Below, piece by piece: positions 12,475 to 22,939 of a DNA stretch of 64,000 nt (within the stretch, counting starts at the first letter, position 1; each line of letters begins with the position of its first letter). The position numbers were made by a program, and so were the translations under genes. Source of the DNA: an uncultured Pelagibacteraceae bacterium. GTDB taxonomy: Bacteria; Pseudomonadota; Alphaproteobacteria; Pelagibacterales; AG-422-B15. The notes under the pieces are model-generated. The model was given only the letters and a program-made list of their open reading frames with translations, was not told the origin of the DNA and made no database searches. The stretch covers positions 184 to 64,183 of the forward strand of contig CACGAG010000009.1 in NCBI GenBank assembly GCA_902571005.1. The letters run 5' to 3'.

Positions 12475-12954
12475 TTATTTATATAAAATTTTCTTAATCT
12501 CGTAGTTTTTCTCTCCTTTTGGTGTTGAAACTGATACGAAATCACCTTTTTCTTTGCCAATTAGAGCTTTTGCAACAGGGGATCGGTAAGACAACAGTCC
12601 CGATTCAATATCTGCTTCATCGTCGCCAACAATTTGAAACTTTGTCTTTGTATCATTATCAATATCTTCAACTTCAACAGTTGCTCCAAAGACAACGGTT
12701 TTTTGATTTTTAGGAATATTTGAAATATCTATGATTTCTGCATTTGATAGTAGTAATTGAATTTCCTGAATACGACCCTCAATGTGTCCTTGCTCCTCTT
12801 TTGCTGCATGGTACTCAGCGTTTTCCTTTAAATCACCATGCTCTCTTGCTTCGGCAATGGCTTGAATTACTTTTTGTCTTTTATTATTTACCAAATCGCT
12901 TAACTCATCTTGAAGTTTTTTTGCGCCATTTGATGTAATTGGTTCAGTTTCCAT
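12475..12954 (-). CDS. greA: Transcription elongation factor GreA
   Basis: AREHGDLKENAEYHAAKEEQ, SPVAKALIGK; start set at ATG 12954 to avoid overlapping hemF. Confidence 0.96.
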   Translation of the reverse strand: METEPITSNGAKKLQDELSDLVNNKRQKVIQAIAEAREHGDLKENAEYHAAKEEQGHIEGRIQEIQLLLSNAEIIDISNIPKNQKTVVFGATVEVEDIDNDTKTKFQIVGDDEADIESGLLSYRSPVAKALIGKEKGDFVSVSTPKGEKNYEIKKILYK

Positions 12955-12956
12955 TT

Positions 12957-13760
12957 TTATTTCCACTTTGCATTAGGGGGCATTGACATTAAAATTGCAT
13001 CAATATTACCGCCGGTGTTCAAACCAAATTTTGTTCCTCGATCGTATAAAAGATTATATTCTACGTATCTTCCACGTTTCAATAACTGAATTTCTTTATC
13101 TTTTTTTGTGAACTTTTCGTTCATTTTTTGGCTTATAATTTCTCTTACAATATCATTAAATGTTACGCCAACGTCCTTAACAAAATCAAAATCTTTTTTC
13201 CAGTTATCCATTTTATAGTCAAAAAATATTCCGCCAATACCTCTTATTTCTTTTCTGTGAGGTAAATAGAAATATTCATCACACCATTTTTTATACTTTT
13301 TGTAATAAGATTTATTATGATTTTCACACATTATTTTTAATTTAGTGTGAAATTGTTTCTTTAATATAGTGTCATTAAAACATGGAGTAGCGTCAATACC
13401 GCCACCAAACCAATTTTTACCTGTTATTATATGCCGAGTATTGAAATGTAATGCAGGAACTTTTGGATTTGCCGGGTGAAGTACTACAGATACTCCCGAT
13501 GACCAAAATCTTTTATCCTTTTCAGTTCCCGGAATTTGTTTTGCAAATTCTTTTGGAAAAGTACCTGTTACATTTGAAAATGCTATACCACCTTTTTCGA
13601 TTACATTTCCCTTAATTATTCTATATTCACCTTTTTTCCATTTATTAGCTTTGAATTTTGCTTTTGATCCATTTTCTTTTTCGAGTTCATGAACAGTTTC
13701 ACAGATTAAATTCTGTAATTCCTTAAACCATGCTTTTGTTATCTTTTTTTTATTTAACAT
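12957..13760 (-). CDS. hemF: Oxygen-dependent coproporphyrinogen III oxidase
   Basis: EKGGIAFS, HFNTR, WFGGGIDATP, CDEYFYLPHR, RGIGGIFFD, RGRYVEYNLLYDRGT. Confidence 0.95.
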   Translation of the reverse strand: MLNKKKITKAWFKELQNLICETVHELEKENGSKAKFKANKWKKGEYRIIKGNVIEKGGIAFSNVTGTFPKEFAKQIPGTEKDKRFWSSGVSVVLHPANPKVPALHFNTRHIITGKNWFGGGIDATPCFNDTILKKQFHTKLKIMCENHNKSYYKKYKKWCDEYFYLPHRKEIRGIGGIFFDYKMDNWKKDFDFVKDVGVTFNDIVREIISQKMNEKFTKKDKEIQLLKRGRYVEYNLLYDRGTKFGLNTGGNIDAILMSMPPNAKWK

Positions 13761-13761
13761 T

Positions 13762-14205
13762 TTAAAATAGTTTTAACTGTCTGTTTGCCTCAGAAATAAC
13801 TATAGCTGAAGACACTGCAACATTTAAAGATCTTGCCGAACTGTTCATTGGTATTCTTATTATTTGGTCAGATTGTTTGTGAACGTAATCTGGTACTCCC
13901 GCACTTTCTCTTCCAACAATTAAATTATCAGTATCCTTAAATTCAAAATCATAGTGACTAAGTTTACCTTTTGTAGACAGCAGTATTTTTCTTCCTTTTC
14001 TATTTTTTTTGTAGTGTTTCCAATCGTCAAACTCTGTTAAATTAATATTTTTACCATAGTCCATTGCAACTCTGCTAAGAGATTTTTCCGACATTGCAAA
14101 AGAAGCTGGATGGATGATATCAATATTGACATCGAAACAAGAGCAAATCCTCACCATTGCTCCAGTATTTTGAGGTATATCAGGTTCGAAAATTGCTAAG
14201 TTCAT
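13762..14205 (-). CDS. trmL: tRNA (cytidine/uridine-34 2'-O)-methyltransferase TrmL
   Basis: PDIPQNTG, GRESAGVP, RSLNVAVS SPOUT motifs. Confidence 0.92.
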   Translation of the reverse strand: MNLAIFEPDIPQNTGAMVRICSCFDVNIDIIHPASFAMSEKSLSRVAMDYGKNINLTEFDDWKHYKKNRKGRKILLSTKGKLSHYDFEFKDTDNLIVGRESAGVPDYVHKQSDQIIRIPMNSSARSLNVAVSSAIVISEANRQLKLF

Positions 14206-14241
14206 TTGATAAATATTTTATAACTTTTTGATCCTAATATA

Positions 14242-14258
14242 TGCGTCATCATGACACA
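14242..14258. promoter_or_regulatory. Candidate RegA/PrrA/RegR-type binding site upstream of petABC
   Basis: TGCGTCA-TCA-TGACACA: near-perfect inverted repeat with 3-nt spacer, GC-rich within an AT-rich spacer, about 84 bp before petA. Confidence 0.45.
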
Positions 14259-14341
14259 ATTTTTTGCGCCTCTAATTGCCTTTTTCCCTTAAAAAACGAA
14301 GATTTACAAGTATATTAGCAATATAACTCTAGGATATTAAG

Positions 14342-14851
14342 TTGTCAGAAAAACAAGTTACAAGAAGAAATTTTCTTTATGTCACTACAGGTGCATTTGC
14401 AGCTGCGGGAGCGGCTTCATTGGCATGGCCTTTCGTTGATCAAATGAATCCTGATGCATCAGTCAAAGCGTTAGCATCTACTGAAATTGATCTCAGACCT
14501 ATAATACCTGGGCAGAGCATCACTGTAATGTGGAGGGGTAAACCCGTATTTATTCGAAGGCGAACACAGGCTGAAATTGACGAAGCAAAGACAGTTAATT
14601 TAGCTGATTTGCCCCACCCAGAAGCAGATAGTGATCGAGCACAAAATCCTGAGTGGCTTGTTATGGTTGGTATTTGCACCCATCTTGGTTGTGTTCCACT
14701 TGGGCAGAAAGGTGATTACAATGGATGGTTCTGCCCATGTCATGGTTCTCATTATGATACTTCAGGTAGGATAAGAAAGGGACCTGCACCTACAAATCTT
14801 GAGATTCCGGATTATGTATTTTTAAATGAAACTACTATAAAAATTGGATAA
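14342..14851 (+). CDS. petA: Cytochrome bc1 Rieske iron-sulfur subunit
   Basis: Tat signal TRRNFL, CTHLGC and CPCHGS, GPAP; TTG start. Confidence 0.97.
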   Translation: MSEKQVTRRNFLYVTTGAFAAAGAASLAWPFVDQMNPDASVKALASTEIDLRPIIPGQSITVMWRGKPVFIRRRTQAEIDEAKTVNLADLPHPEADSDRAQNPEWLVMVGICTHLGCVPLGQKGDYNGWFCPCHGSHYDTSGRIRKGPAPTNLEIPDYVFLNETTIKIG

Positions 14852-14857
14852 AAAAGT

Positions 14858-16117
14858 ATGAGCGAAAATTATGCACCTAAATCAGCGGTTGGAAGATGGT
14901 TTAATGACCGTCTACCACTTTTAAACTTAATTTATGGACATTTACTTCCATATCCAACGCCGAAAAATTTAAATTATTGGTGGACATTTGGTGGAATTTT
15001 AACTTTTTGTCTTGTTACCCAAATAATTACAGGACTTGTCCTAGCGATGCACTATGTTGCTGACGCCGACTTAGCCTTTGCAAGTGTAGAGCATATTATG
15101 AGAGATGTTAATTATGGGTGGTTATTAAGATACATACATGCAAACGGTGCATCACTATTTTTTATGGCGGTATATATTCATATGGCAAGATCGCTATTTT
15201 ACGGCTCATATAAAGAACCAAGAGAATTAATCTGGATTATTGGTGTGTTTATATTTTTACTCATGATTGCTACTGCTTTTATGGGGTATGTACTTCCGTG
15301 GGGCCAAATGAGTTTCTGGGGAGCTACAGTTATAACAAATTTATTCAGTGCAATTCCTTTGGTAGGTGAGTCAGTAACTAACTGGTTGTGGGGAGGTTAT
15401 GCTGTTGGCAGCCCACTTTTAACTAGGTTTTTCACATTACATTACCTGATGCCTTTCCTGATTTTTGCCCTCGTTATACTTCATGTTTGGGCACTGCATG
15501 TACCCGGCAATAATAATCCTGAGGGTATAAATGTTGTTCAAGGTTCTCAAGATACAGTTCCTTTCCATCCTCATTACGTTGTAAAAGATATGTTTGCACT
15601 TGTTGTATTCTTAGTTGTATTCGCGGGCTTTGTATTCTTTGTCCCTAATTTACTTGGACATACTGATAATTATATTGAAGCTAATCCTTTGCAAACTCCG
15701 GAACATATTGTCCCAGAATGGTATTTTCTTCCATTCTATGCAATCTTGAGATCTGTACCAGATAAACTCGGCGGAGTAATTTTAATGGTTTCTGCAATTG
15801 CTATTTTAGCATTCTTACCTTGGCTGGATACTTCAAAAGTTAGGTCAGCAAAATACAGACCTCTCTATAGACAGTTTGTATGGCTTTTCTTTGCTAATGT
15901 AATATTGCTTGGTTACTTAGGAGCTCAGACTGCTGATGGTCTATTTTTGATTATTGGACGAATTGCTACCGCTTATTATTTTGCTCATTTTATAATTATT
16001 TTACCTCTACTTGGTTATATTGAAAAAACCAAACCTTTGCCTAAGAGCTTGAGTGAGCCTGTTCTTTCTGCCGAGGAAAGACAGATGAAGGCTGCTGCCT
16101 CTGGAGCCAGTGCATAG
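14858..16117 (+). CDS. petB: Cytochrome b
   Basis: [44 protein letters not shown]. Confidence 0.98.
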   Translation: MSENYAPKSAVGRWFNDRLPLLNLIYGHLLPYPTPKNLNYWWTFGGILTFCLVTQIITGLVLAMHYVADADLAFASVEHIMRDVNYGWLLRYIHANGASLFFMAVYIHMARSLFYGSYKEPRELIWIIGVFIFLLMIATAFMGYVLPWGQMSFWGATVITNLFSAIPLVGESVTNWLWGGYAVGSPLLTRFFTLHYLMPFLIFALVILHVWALHVPGNNNPEGINVVQGSQDTVPFHPHYVVKDMFALVVFLVVFAGFVFFVPNLLGHTDNYIEANPLQTPEHIVPEWYFLPFYAILRSVPDKLGGVILMVSAIAILAFLPWLDTSKVRSAKYRPLYRQFVWLFFANVILLGYLGAQTADGLFLIIGRIATAYYFAHFIIILPLLGYIEKTKPLPKSLSEPVLSAEERQMKAAASGASA

Positions 16118-16127
16118 CTATTGATAT

Positions 16128-16904
16128 ATGAAATTTATTATAAATTTATTTGTATCTTTCTCATTGCTACTGAGCTTTAGTTTCACTCAATTACATGCTG
16201 CTGGTGAAATGAAAGAGCCTATGCATCCTGATTGGTCATTTGAAGGACCATTAGGAAAATTTGAAAGAGCATCGCTTCAAAGAGGGTATCAAGTTTATAC
16301 CGAAGTCTGTTCAGGATGTCATTCAATGAACCTTTTAAGTTATAGAAATCTAATTGAAGAGGGTGGCCCTGAATTCAGCGAGTCTCAAGCTAAAGCAATG
16401 GCTGCAGCATTTGAAGTAAAAGCTGCTCCAAATGCCGATGGAGAAGTTGAAATGCGTCCTGCAATATTATCTGACAAGTTTGTTAGCCCATATGAGAATG
16501 AACAACAGGGAAGAGCTGCAAACGGCGGCGCTTATCCGCCGGATTTATCTGTAATGGTTAAAGCACGACATGGCGGAGCAGACTATTTGTACTCTTTATT
16601 GTTGGGTTATGTTGATACACCAAGTGATATTAAACTCGATGACGGTGTTTATTACAATGAGTACGCAAAAGGCCAAAAAATAGCGATGCCTCAAGTATTG
16701 TATGAGGATGCTGTGGTTTACACAGATGGAACAACTGCAACGCCAGAACAAATGGCACGGGACGTCACAATGTTTCTTACATGGGCAGCAGAACCAAAGC
16801 TAGAGGCGAGAAAAAGAATCGGTTTTAAGGTAATTTCATACTTATTAATTCTTTCTGTATTACTCTACTTCACAAATCGACAAATTTGGAAAGACACTCA
16901 TTAG
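16128..16904 (+). CDS. petC: Cytochrome c1
   Basis: CSGCH heme motif, PPDLS, IAMP, C-terminal TM anchor. Confidence 0.97.
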   Translation: MKFIINLFVSFSLLLSFSFTQLHAAGEMKEPMHPDWSFEGPLGKFERASLQRGYQVYTEVCSGCHSMNLLSYRNLIEEGGPEFSESQAKAMAAAFEVKAAPNADGEVEMRPAILSDKFVSPYENEQQGRAANGGAYPPDLSVMVKARHGGADYLYSLLLGYVDTPSDIKLDDGVYYNEYAKGQKIAMPQVLYEDAVVYTDGTTATPEQMARDVTMFLTWAAEPKLEARKRIGFKVISYLLILSVLLYFTNRQIWKDTH

Positions 16905-16972
16905 GCTATTTTCTAAAAACAATTGATTTTCAATTATTTAAAAAAATAATTTTAAGTAAATTATCAATATCC

Positions 16973-16981
16973 TTATCCACA
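16973..16981 (+). promoter_or_regulatory. Single perfect DnaA box
   Basis: TTATCCACA in the petC-NCS2 spacer, 72 bp upstream of the permease start. Confidence 0.3.
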
Positions 16982-17053
16982 GAAACATTTTATCGATCTC
17001 GATTACTTCATTTTGGTAATGTAAATTAAACTCTTACTAAACGGAGGAATTGA

Positions 17054-18343
17054 ATGTTAGAAAATATTTTTAAATTAAAAGAGAACGGTACCAGTATAAA
17101 AACTGAGTTATTGGCAGGTTTAGCCACGTTCTTAACAATGGCATATATTATTGTCGTTAATCCGGCCATCTTATCTACTGAGGGAACTGGTATGGATTTT
17201 GGCGGTGTATTTGTTGCCACAATCATAGCTGCTGTAGTTGGCTGTCTAATAATGGGCCTGTGGGCTAATTGGCCAATTGCCCTAGCACCTGGTATGGGTT
17301 TAAACGCTTTCTTTGCTTTTGGAGTTGTATTTGGAATGGGTTATACTTACCAGCAGGCTCTTGCCGCAGTGTTTATTGCAGGGATAGTATTTTTAATTTT
17401 GTCTGTAACACCAGCACGTCAGTGGATAATAAATAGCATACCAAAAAGTATGAAGTTTGGCGTAGGGGCAGGCATAGGATTGTTCTTAGCTATTATAGGA
17501 CTAAAAAATGCTGGCGTGGTTGTCGATAATCCTGCAACTTTAGTTGGTTTAGGTGATGTAAGTTCAATGCCTGTGATATTGGCTGCTGTCGGATTTGCAA
17601 TTATGGCAATTTTAGATAAGCGTGGTGTTCCAGGATCAATTATCATCGGTATACTAGCAGTAAGTATTATTGCTTGGGTAAGCGGTGTGAGCGCAATTGA
17701 TGGAGTTGTGGGATCAGTTCCACCAGCTGTTCATGCGTTCTCAATGGACTTTAGCCTTGTAGCAACAGCAGGTTTTATTGGTGTCGCGTTTGCTTTTCTT
17801 TTTGTAGACTTTTTCGATACCGCTGGAACTCTTACCTCAGTTGCCAATTTAACTGGTAAAGTTGACCAAGACGGAAACGTTGATGGAATAGGTAGAGCAG
17901 TTTTAGCAGATTCCACAGCTACAACAATAGGTGCATTAGTTGGAACTTCCAATACTACATCATACATTGAATCTGGAGCAGGTGTTAAAGAAGGTGGGCG
18001 AACAGGACTTACAGCGGTTGCTGTGGCAGTTCTATTTGCTATCTGTTTATTTTTAGCACCATTAGCTCAGAGTATTCCTGCGTTTGCAACTGCTCCAGCT
18101 CTAGTGTTTGTTGCAACATTCTTTTTGAAAAACCTAAGGGATATAGAATGGGATGACGTCAGTGAATATGCTCCAGCAGTGTTAGCGGCAGTTTTGATGC
18201 CTCTTACATTTAGCATTGCTCATGGAATTGCACTTGGTTTTATAGCATACGTTGTAATTAAAGCATTAAGTGGTAGACACGAAGATCTAAATGCTGGTTC
18301 GATAGTAATTGGAGTATTATCGGTACTATACTTTATCTTCTAG
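17054..18343 (+). CDS. NCS2/AzgA-family purine nucleobase permease
   Basis: TELLAGLATFLTMAYI, APGMGLNAFF, TSYIESGAG, GGRTGLTA; about 13 TM. Confidence 0.92.
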   Translation: MLENIFKLKENGTSIKTELLAGLATFLTMAYIIVVNPAILSTEGTGMDFGGVFVATIIAAVVGCLIMGLWANWPIALAPGMGLNAFFAFGVVFGMGYTYQQALAAVFIAGIVFLILSVTPARQWIINSIPKSMKFGVGAGIGLFLAIIGLKNAGVVVDNPATLVGLGDVSSMPVILAAVGFAIMAILDKRGVPGSIIIGILAVSIIAWVSGVSAIDGVVGSVPPAVHAFSMDFSLVATAGFIGVAFAFLFVDFFDTAGTLTSVANLTGKVDQDGNVDGIGRAVLADSTATTIGALVGTSNTTSYIESGAGVKEGGRTGLTAVAVAVLFAICLFLAPLAQSIPAFATAPALVFVATFFLKNLRDIEWDDVSEYAPAVLAAVLMPLTFSIAHGIALGFIAYVVIKALSGRHEDLNAGSIVIGVLSVLYFIF

Positions 18344-18348
18344 TTTAG

Positions 18349-18795
18349 TTAATGATTGGCTTTGTCTTCCTCATCCCAGGGGAAGACAGGCCAAGTTTCT
18401 TGTGTAATTTCCTCAACATATGTATCAGCTAGAGGTAGACCTCTTGGTTTCGCATATATTACAGCTAAGTGCATATTAGGCATGTATTCCTTTAGCGCTT
18501 TAGCGGTACCGCCCTTATCTACAATATCATCTATGACGAGTACAACTTCATCAGTTTTCGGAGCTCTGTGAACAATTGCTTTTCCAGCCTCTCTGTGGAT
18601 ATAACTTTGTATGGAAACAATATCTACGTCTTGGATTCCAAGAGTGTAAGCGACAACTGAAGCAGGTACAAATCCACCTCGAGAGACAACAACCATTTTA
18701 TCAAATTTAATATTTTTTTCTTTTATGAGATGCGCAAGTTTAACCGCTTTTTCGTGCATTTCTTCATATGTAGGAAATTCTAGTTTATGGTCCAT
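18349..18795 (-). CDS. gpt: Xanthine/guanine phosphoribosyltransferase-like type I PRTase
   Basis: VSRGG, PRPP loop VLVIDDIVDKGGT, YAKP, W-x-x-FPWD; converges on a purine permease. Confidence 0.78.
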   Translation of the reverse strand: MDHKLEFPTYEEMHEKAVKLAHLIKEKNIKFDKMVVVSRGGFVPASVVAYTLGIQDVDIVSIQSYIHREAGKAIVHRAPKTDEVVLVIDDIVDKGGTAKALKEYMPNMHLAVIYAKPRGLPLADTYVEEITQETWPVFPWDEEDKANH

Positions 18796-18797
18796 GG

Positions 18798-19886
18798 TTA
18801 ATTATTAAATAAAAAATGCATTACGTCACCATCTTGTACTACATAATCCTTACCTTCGCTACGCATCTTTCCAAGTTCTTTCGCTTTTAACTCTCCTTCA
18901 CAATCTAAATAATCTATATATGATATAGTTTCAGCTCTAATGAAGCCCTTCTCAAAGTCTGTGTGAATTTTTCCAGCTGCTTTTGGTGCGGTAGTGCCAT
19001 TTTCAATCGTCCATGCCCTTGTTTCTTGTTCGCCAGCTGTGAAATAAGTAATTAAGTTAAGAGTCGAATATCCAGCCTTTATAACTTTATTCAAGCCAGA
19101 CTCATCTAATCCTAGACTTTCAAGATAATCTTTTTGATCGTCTTCATTTAAAGATGAGATTTGTGACTCAATTTCTGCTGAAATCTTAATTAATTTAGAA
19201 TTCAGAAAATTTTCAATTTTTAAAGTTAGTTTATTACCTTCTATTATTGAATTTTCATCAACATTACATACGTAAATTGTTGGCTTGATTGTTATTAAGT
19301 TGAACTCTTTTATATGCGCGAAGATTTCATTTAAATTCTTCATTAAAATAGCAGGCTGTCCTGATTCCAAGTGTTTAAGTAGAAGGTTTAAAGCCTCTGT
19401 TTTTAATTTGGCTTCTTTATCACCTTTTTTTACTAATTTTTCTAGTCCTTTATTTATTTTTTCGAGTTGTTCGATATCGGATAGAACTAATTCAGTATTT
19501 ATCGTTTCAACATCATCAACAGGATCTATTTTATTATTTACATGAGCAATATTAGTATCTTCAAAGCAGCGAACTACATGGATAACTGCATCTACTTCTC
19601 TAATATGAGATAAAAATTTATTTCCGAGTCCCTCTCCTTTAGAAGCACCTCTAACTAAACCCGCTATATCGTAAAAACTTAGAGATGTTGGTATTGTTTT
19701 TTTTGATTTTGCTAAATTTGATAGAGTTTCTACTCTTGTATCAGGCACTATTACAGTACCCTCATTTGGTTCAATGGTACAAAAAGGGTAGTTTGCTGCT
19801 TCAGCGGCTATTTTCTTTGTTAATGCATTGAACAATGTTGATTTCCCAACATTTGGCAATCCAACAATTCCACACTTAAATCCCAT
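18798..19886 (-). CDS. ychF: Ribosome-binding ATPase YchF
   Basis: GIVGLPNVGKST, NYPFCTIEPN, DIAGLVRGASKGEGLGN, DGDVMHFLFN. Confidence 0.97.
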   Translation of the reverse strand: MGFKCGIVGLPNVGKSTLFNALTKKIAAEAANYPFCTIEPNEGTVIVPDTRVETLSNLAKSKKTIPTSLSFYDIAGLVRGASKGEGLGNKFLSHIREVDAVIHVVRCFEDTNIAHVNNKIDPVDDVETINTELVLSDIEQLEKINKGLEKLVKKGDKEAKLKTEALNLLLKHLESGQPAILMKNLNEIFAHIKEFNLITIKPTIYVCNVDENSIIEGNKLTLKIENFLNSKLIKISAEIESQISSLNEDDQKDYLESLGLDESGLNKVIKAGYSTLNLITYFTAGEQETRAWTIENGTTAPKAAGKIHTDFEKGFIRAETISYIDYLDCEGELKAKELGKMRSEGKDYVVQDGDVMHFLFNN

Positions 19887-19892
19887 GATTGA

Positions 19893-20447
19893 TTATTTTA
19901 AATTATTAATAAATTTGGATTTTTCTCCATCCAATAATATTTTTATGTTTTCAGACATTTTTATATTTAATTCATTAATAACTTCTAACTCACTTTTTTT
20001 AAAATTACTTAATACATGTTTATTAACCATTTCTTTATTGCCTGGATGATTTATACCTATTCTTATTCTATTATAATTTTTTCCAATTTTACTATCTATT
20101 GATTTGAGCCCATTATGACCTGCGGAAGACCCTCCCAACTTTATTTTTATTTTTCCTAAAGTGATATCTAGATCATCATGAATAACATAAGTTGAACTTG
20201 ATTTAATTTTGAAAAAGTTTAAAAAAGTCGAAATACTTTTACCACACTCATTCATATAATTATTGGATTTAAAGGTGTATATTTTTTTCTTTCCAATAAG
20301 AAACGACGCCAACTCCCCATCAAATTTCTTTTCTCTAATTACATCATCATGATCATGTAAAAGCTGATCGATAAATAAATAGCCCACATTATGTCTATTA
20401 TTTTTATACTTTGTGCCAGGGTTCCCTAATCCGATTAATGCAATCAT
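19893..20447 (-). CDS. pth: Peptidyl-tRNA hydrolase
   Basis: GLGNPG, RHNVG, HDDLD, GHNGLKSI, RIRIGI. Confidence 0.96.
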   Translation of the reverse strand: MIALIGLGNPGTKYKNNRHNVGYLFIDQLLHDHDDVIREKKFDGELASFLIGKKKIYTFKSNNYMNECGKSISTFLNFFKIKSSSTYVIHDDLDITLGKIKIKLGGSSAGHNGLKSIDSKIGKNYNRIRIGINHPGNKEMVNKHVLSNFKKSELEVINELNIKMSENIKILLDGEKSKFINNLK

Positions 20448-20492
20448 ATGATTGAAGATATATAAATATCAAAATAGGTAAAAGAAAAAGTG

Positions 20493-21194
20493 TTATTCTT
20501 TATCTTTGTTTTCTTCTTTGTTATCAGCATCTGGAGCTGCATCTTTTTTATCTTCAGCAGCGGCACCACCCTCAGTAGCTTCACCTTCAGCAGCCTCGCC
20601 TTCTGCAGGAGCTTCAGGTTCTTTTACAACAGTAGGTGCAGCAACAGATGCTACAGTGAAATCTCTATCACTAATTGTTGGAGAAATTCCGTCACCTAAA
20701 TTTGCTGCAGAAATTCTAATTGTGTCACCTATTTCCAAACCCTCTAGATCAAAAACTATCTCTTCAGGTATATTATTAGCAGGGCAACTTAGCTGAACAG
20801 TACGTCGATTAACATTTAGAACACCACCTCGTTTTAATCCAGGTGATAATTCTTCATTTATAAACCTAGTAGGAATGTCCAGAGTAATTTTTGAGTCTGC
20901 AGCTAGCCTTAAAAAATCAATGTGTATAGGTTGATCAGAAAGTGGATCAAATTGAACCTCTCTCGGAATTGCTAAGCTTTTCTTTCCATCAATGTTTAGT
21001 GAAAATATTCTAGTTAGGAAACCACCAGAATTGATCTCTTTTTGAACTGTAATCTTATCTAATGAAATATTGACAGGGTTTTCACCTAAACCATACATTA
21101 CTGAAGGAATCTTACCTGCAGCTAGTACTTTTTTTACAGCGGATTTACCAGATCCATTCCTGATTTCAGCGTTTAAATTACTTTCTTTGCTCAT
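20493..21194 (-). CDS. rplY: 50S ribosomal protein L25/Ctc
   Basis: HIDF, PGLKRGG, low-complexity Ala/Glu tail; prs-rplY-pth-ychF synteny. Confidence 0.93.
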   Translation of the reverse strand: MSKESNLNAEIRNGSGKSAVKKVLAAGKIPSVMYGLGENPVNISLDKITVQKEINSGGFLTRIFSLNIDGKKSLAIPREVQFDPLSDQPIHIDFLRLAADSKITLDIPTRFINEELSPGLKRGGVLNVNRRTVQLSCPANNIPEEIVFDLEGLEIGDTIRISAANLGDGISPTISDRDFTVASVAAPTVVKEPEAPAEGEAAEGEATEGGAAAEDKKDAAPDADNKEENKDKE

Positions 21195-21245
21195 AACGAT
21201 GAGGTTGGTATTAAATTAAAATTACCTATATGGCAAGTATATAAA

Positions 21246-22181
21246 TCAAAATTCAAATAGACTTGATACTGAGCTCGCCTCGGATATCCTCTTAATTGCC
21301 TCGCCCAATAAATCAGAGATACTAATCGACCTAATTTTCTCACAAGCTTTTAATTTTTCCTGATTATTGATTGAGTCTGTAATTACTAATTCAGTCAATT
21401 TTGATGCACTAATTTTCTTTAAGGCATTTCCTGTTAATACTCCGTGCGTAACATATGAAGTGATACTGTTAGCTCCTAAATCTATAATTTTGTCAGCTGC
21501 ATTGCAAATTGTTCCCGCTGAGTCAATGATATCATCTAGAATAATACAATCTTTTCCTTTTACGTCTCCAATGATATTCATTACTTCACTTTCACCTGCT
21601 CTGGGTCTTCTTTTATCAACAATAGCAATTGAGGCTCCGATCTTATTTGCAATCGCTCTTGCCCTCACAACTCCACCAATATCAGGAGAAACTGCAACTA
21701 GATTACTAATTTCATATTTTTCTTTTATATCTTTTGAAAACACTGGACCTGCAAATAAATTATCTGTTGGTATATCAAAAAATCCTTGTATCTGTTCAGC
21801 ATGAAGATCTAAAGTAAGCACTCTGTCTGCTCCAGCAGTTGTTATTAAATTTGCAACTAATTTTGCTGAGATAGGAGTTCTTGGCCCTGGTTTTCTATCT
21901 TGACGTGCATATCCATAATAAGGGATCACAGCAGTAATCCTTTTTGCTGAAGCTCTTTTAAGAGCGTCTATCATCACCAATAGTTCCATTATATTATCAT
22001 TTGCTGGATAAGATAGAGACTCCATTACGAATACATCCTCACCACGAATGTTCTCTTTAATTTCTACATAAACTTCATCATCAGCAAATCTTGTAATAGA
22101 AGCATTTGTAAGGTTTTCGCCGAGATATTCTGCGACGCTCTTAGATAAAGGTAAATTGCTGTTTCCTGCAATAATTCTCAT
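21246..22181 (-). CDS. prs: Ribose-phosphate pyrophosphokinase
   Basis: [40 protein letters not shown]. Confidence 0.97.
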   Translation of the reverse strand: MRIIAGNSNLPLSKSVAEYLGENLTNASITRFADDEVYVEIKENIRGEDVFVMESLSYPANDNIMELLVMIDALKRASAKRITAVIPYYGYARQDRKPGPRTPISAKLVANLITTAGADRVLTLDLHAEQIQGFFDIPTDNLFAGPVFSKDIKEKYEISNLVAVSPDIGGVVRARAIANKIGASIAIVDKRRPRAGESEVMNIIGDVKGKDCIILDDIIDSAGTICNAADKIIDLGANSITSYVTHGVLTGNALKKISASKLTELVITDSINNQEKLKACEKIRSISISDLLGEAIKRISEASSVSSLFEF

Positions 22182-22183
22182 AT

Positions 22184-22939
22184 TTATCTGTCTTTTATAA
22201 CAATTGTTGAAATCATTCTACCATAATCGGTTATATTTTTTTTATAATTTCTTCGATAGCTAAAACATAATATTTCTTCGCTGAAAGTGTCGACATCAAC
22301 AATCTCGTGGTTAGTAATTTGCTCATCATAAAGTATCTTGAGAATGAATTCAGTAAGTGAAAACAGATATCTATTATTATGATTTTTTTGAAAAAATCTT
22401 GCATTATCTTGATCTTGTTTAATAAAGTTTTTGTAAAAAGATAATCTTACCTCATAGGATTTTTGTCCTATACATGGGCCAATACTGCAGCGTATATTAT
22501 CTCTCTTTCCGCCCAGCTTAGTTATTTGTAAAATTGTATTTTGAATTATGCCATTCAAGGCACCTTTCCAGCCTGCATGACAAGCTCCTATTATTTCATT
22601 TTTCACTTCATAAAATAATAATGGAGCACAATCAGCCGTTAATACTGATAAGATTTTATTCTTTTCTTTAGTTACAATCCCGTCACATTTTAAAATTTCA
22701 GACTTATTGCTGCTATCTAAAACTATTGCATTAGAAGAGTGTGTTTGATGCATAGTAATAATATCAGACTTTTTTAAACCGTAATATCTAGAAATAGCGA
22801 CTAAATTTTCTTCAATTGCGCTATTCTCATCTTTTGATCCCTTTCCACAATTTAATGATTTATATCTTCCTTTCGAAACACCACCCAATCTTGAAAAGAA
22901 ACAATGATCTATATTTGAGAGATTTTTTGTAAAAAACAT
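22184..22939 (-). CDS. pgeF: Purine nucleoside phosphorylase/peptidoglycan editing factor PgeF (YfiH)
   Basis: [35 protein letters not shown]. Confidence 0.9.
   Translation of the reverse strand: MFFTKNLSNIDHCFFSRLGGVSKGRYKSLNCGKGSKDENSAIEENLVAISRYYGLKKSDIITMHQTHSSNAIVLDSSNKSEILKCDGIVTKEKNKILSVLTADCAPLLFYEVKNEIIGACHAGWKGALNGIIQNTILQITKLGGKRDNIRCSIGPCIGQKSYEVRLSFYKNFIKQDQDNARFFQKNHNNRYLFSLTEFILKILYDEQITNHEIVDVDTFSEEILCFSYRRNYKKNITDYGRMISTIVIKDR

Noticed and set aside
16905-17053. Replication origin
   Set aside because: There is only one DnaA box in a short spacer, with no box cluster and no hemE/dnaA/parAB context.
20493-20640. GCA/GCT-rich low-complexity repeat
   Set aside because: It is explained by the ordinary Ala/Glu/Gly-rich C-terminal tail of L25/Ctc.
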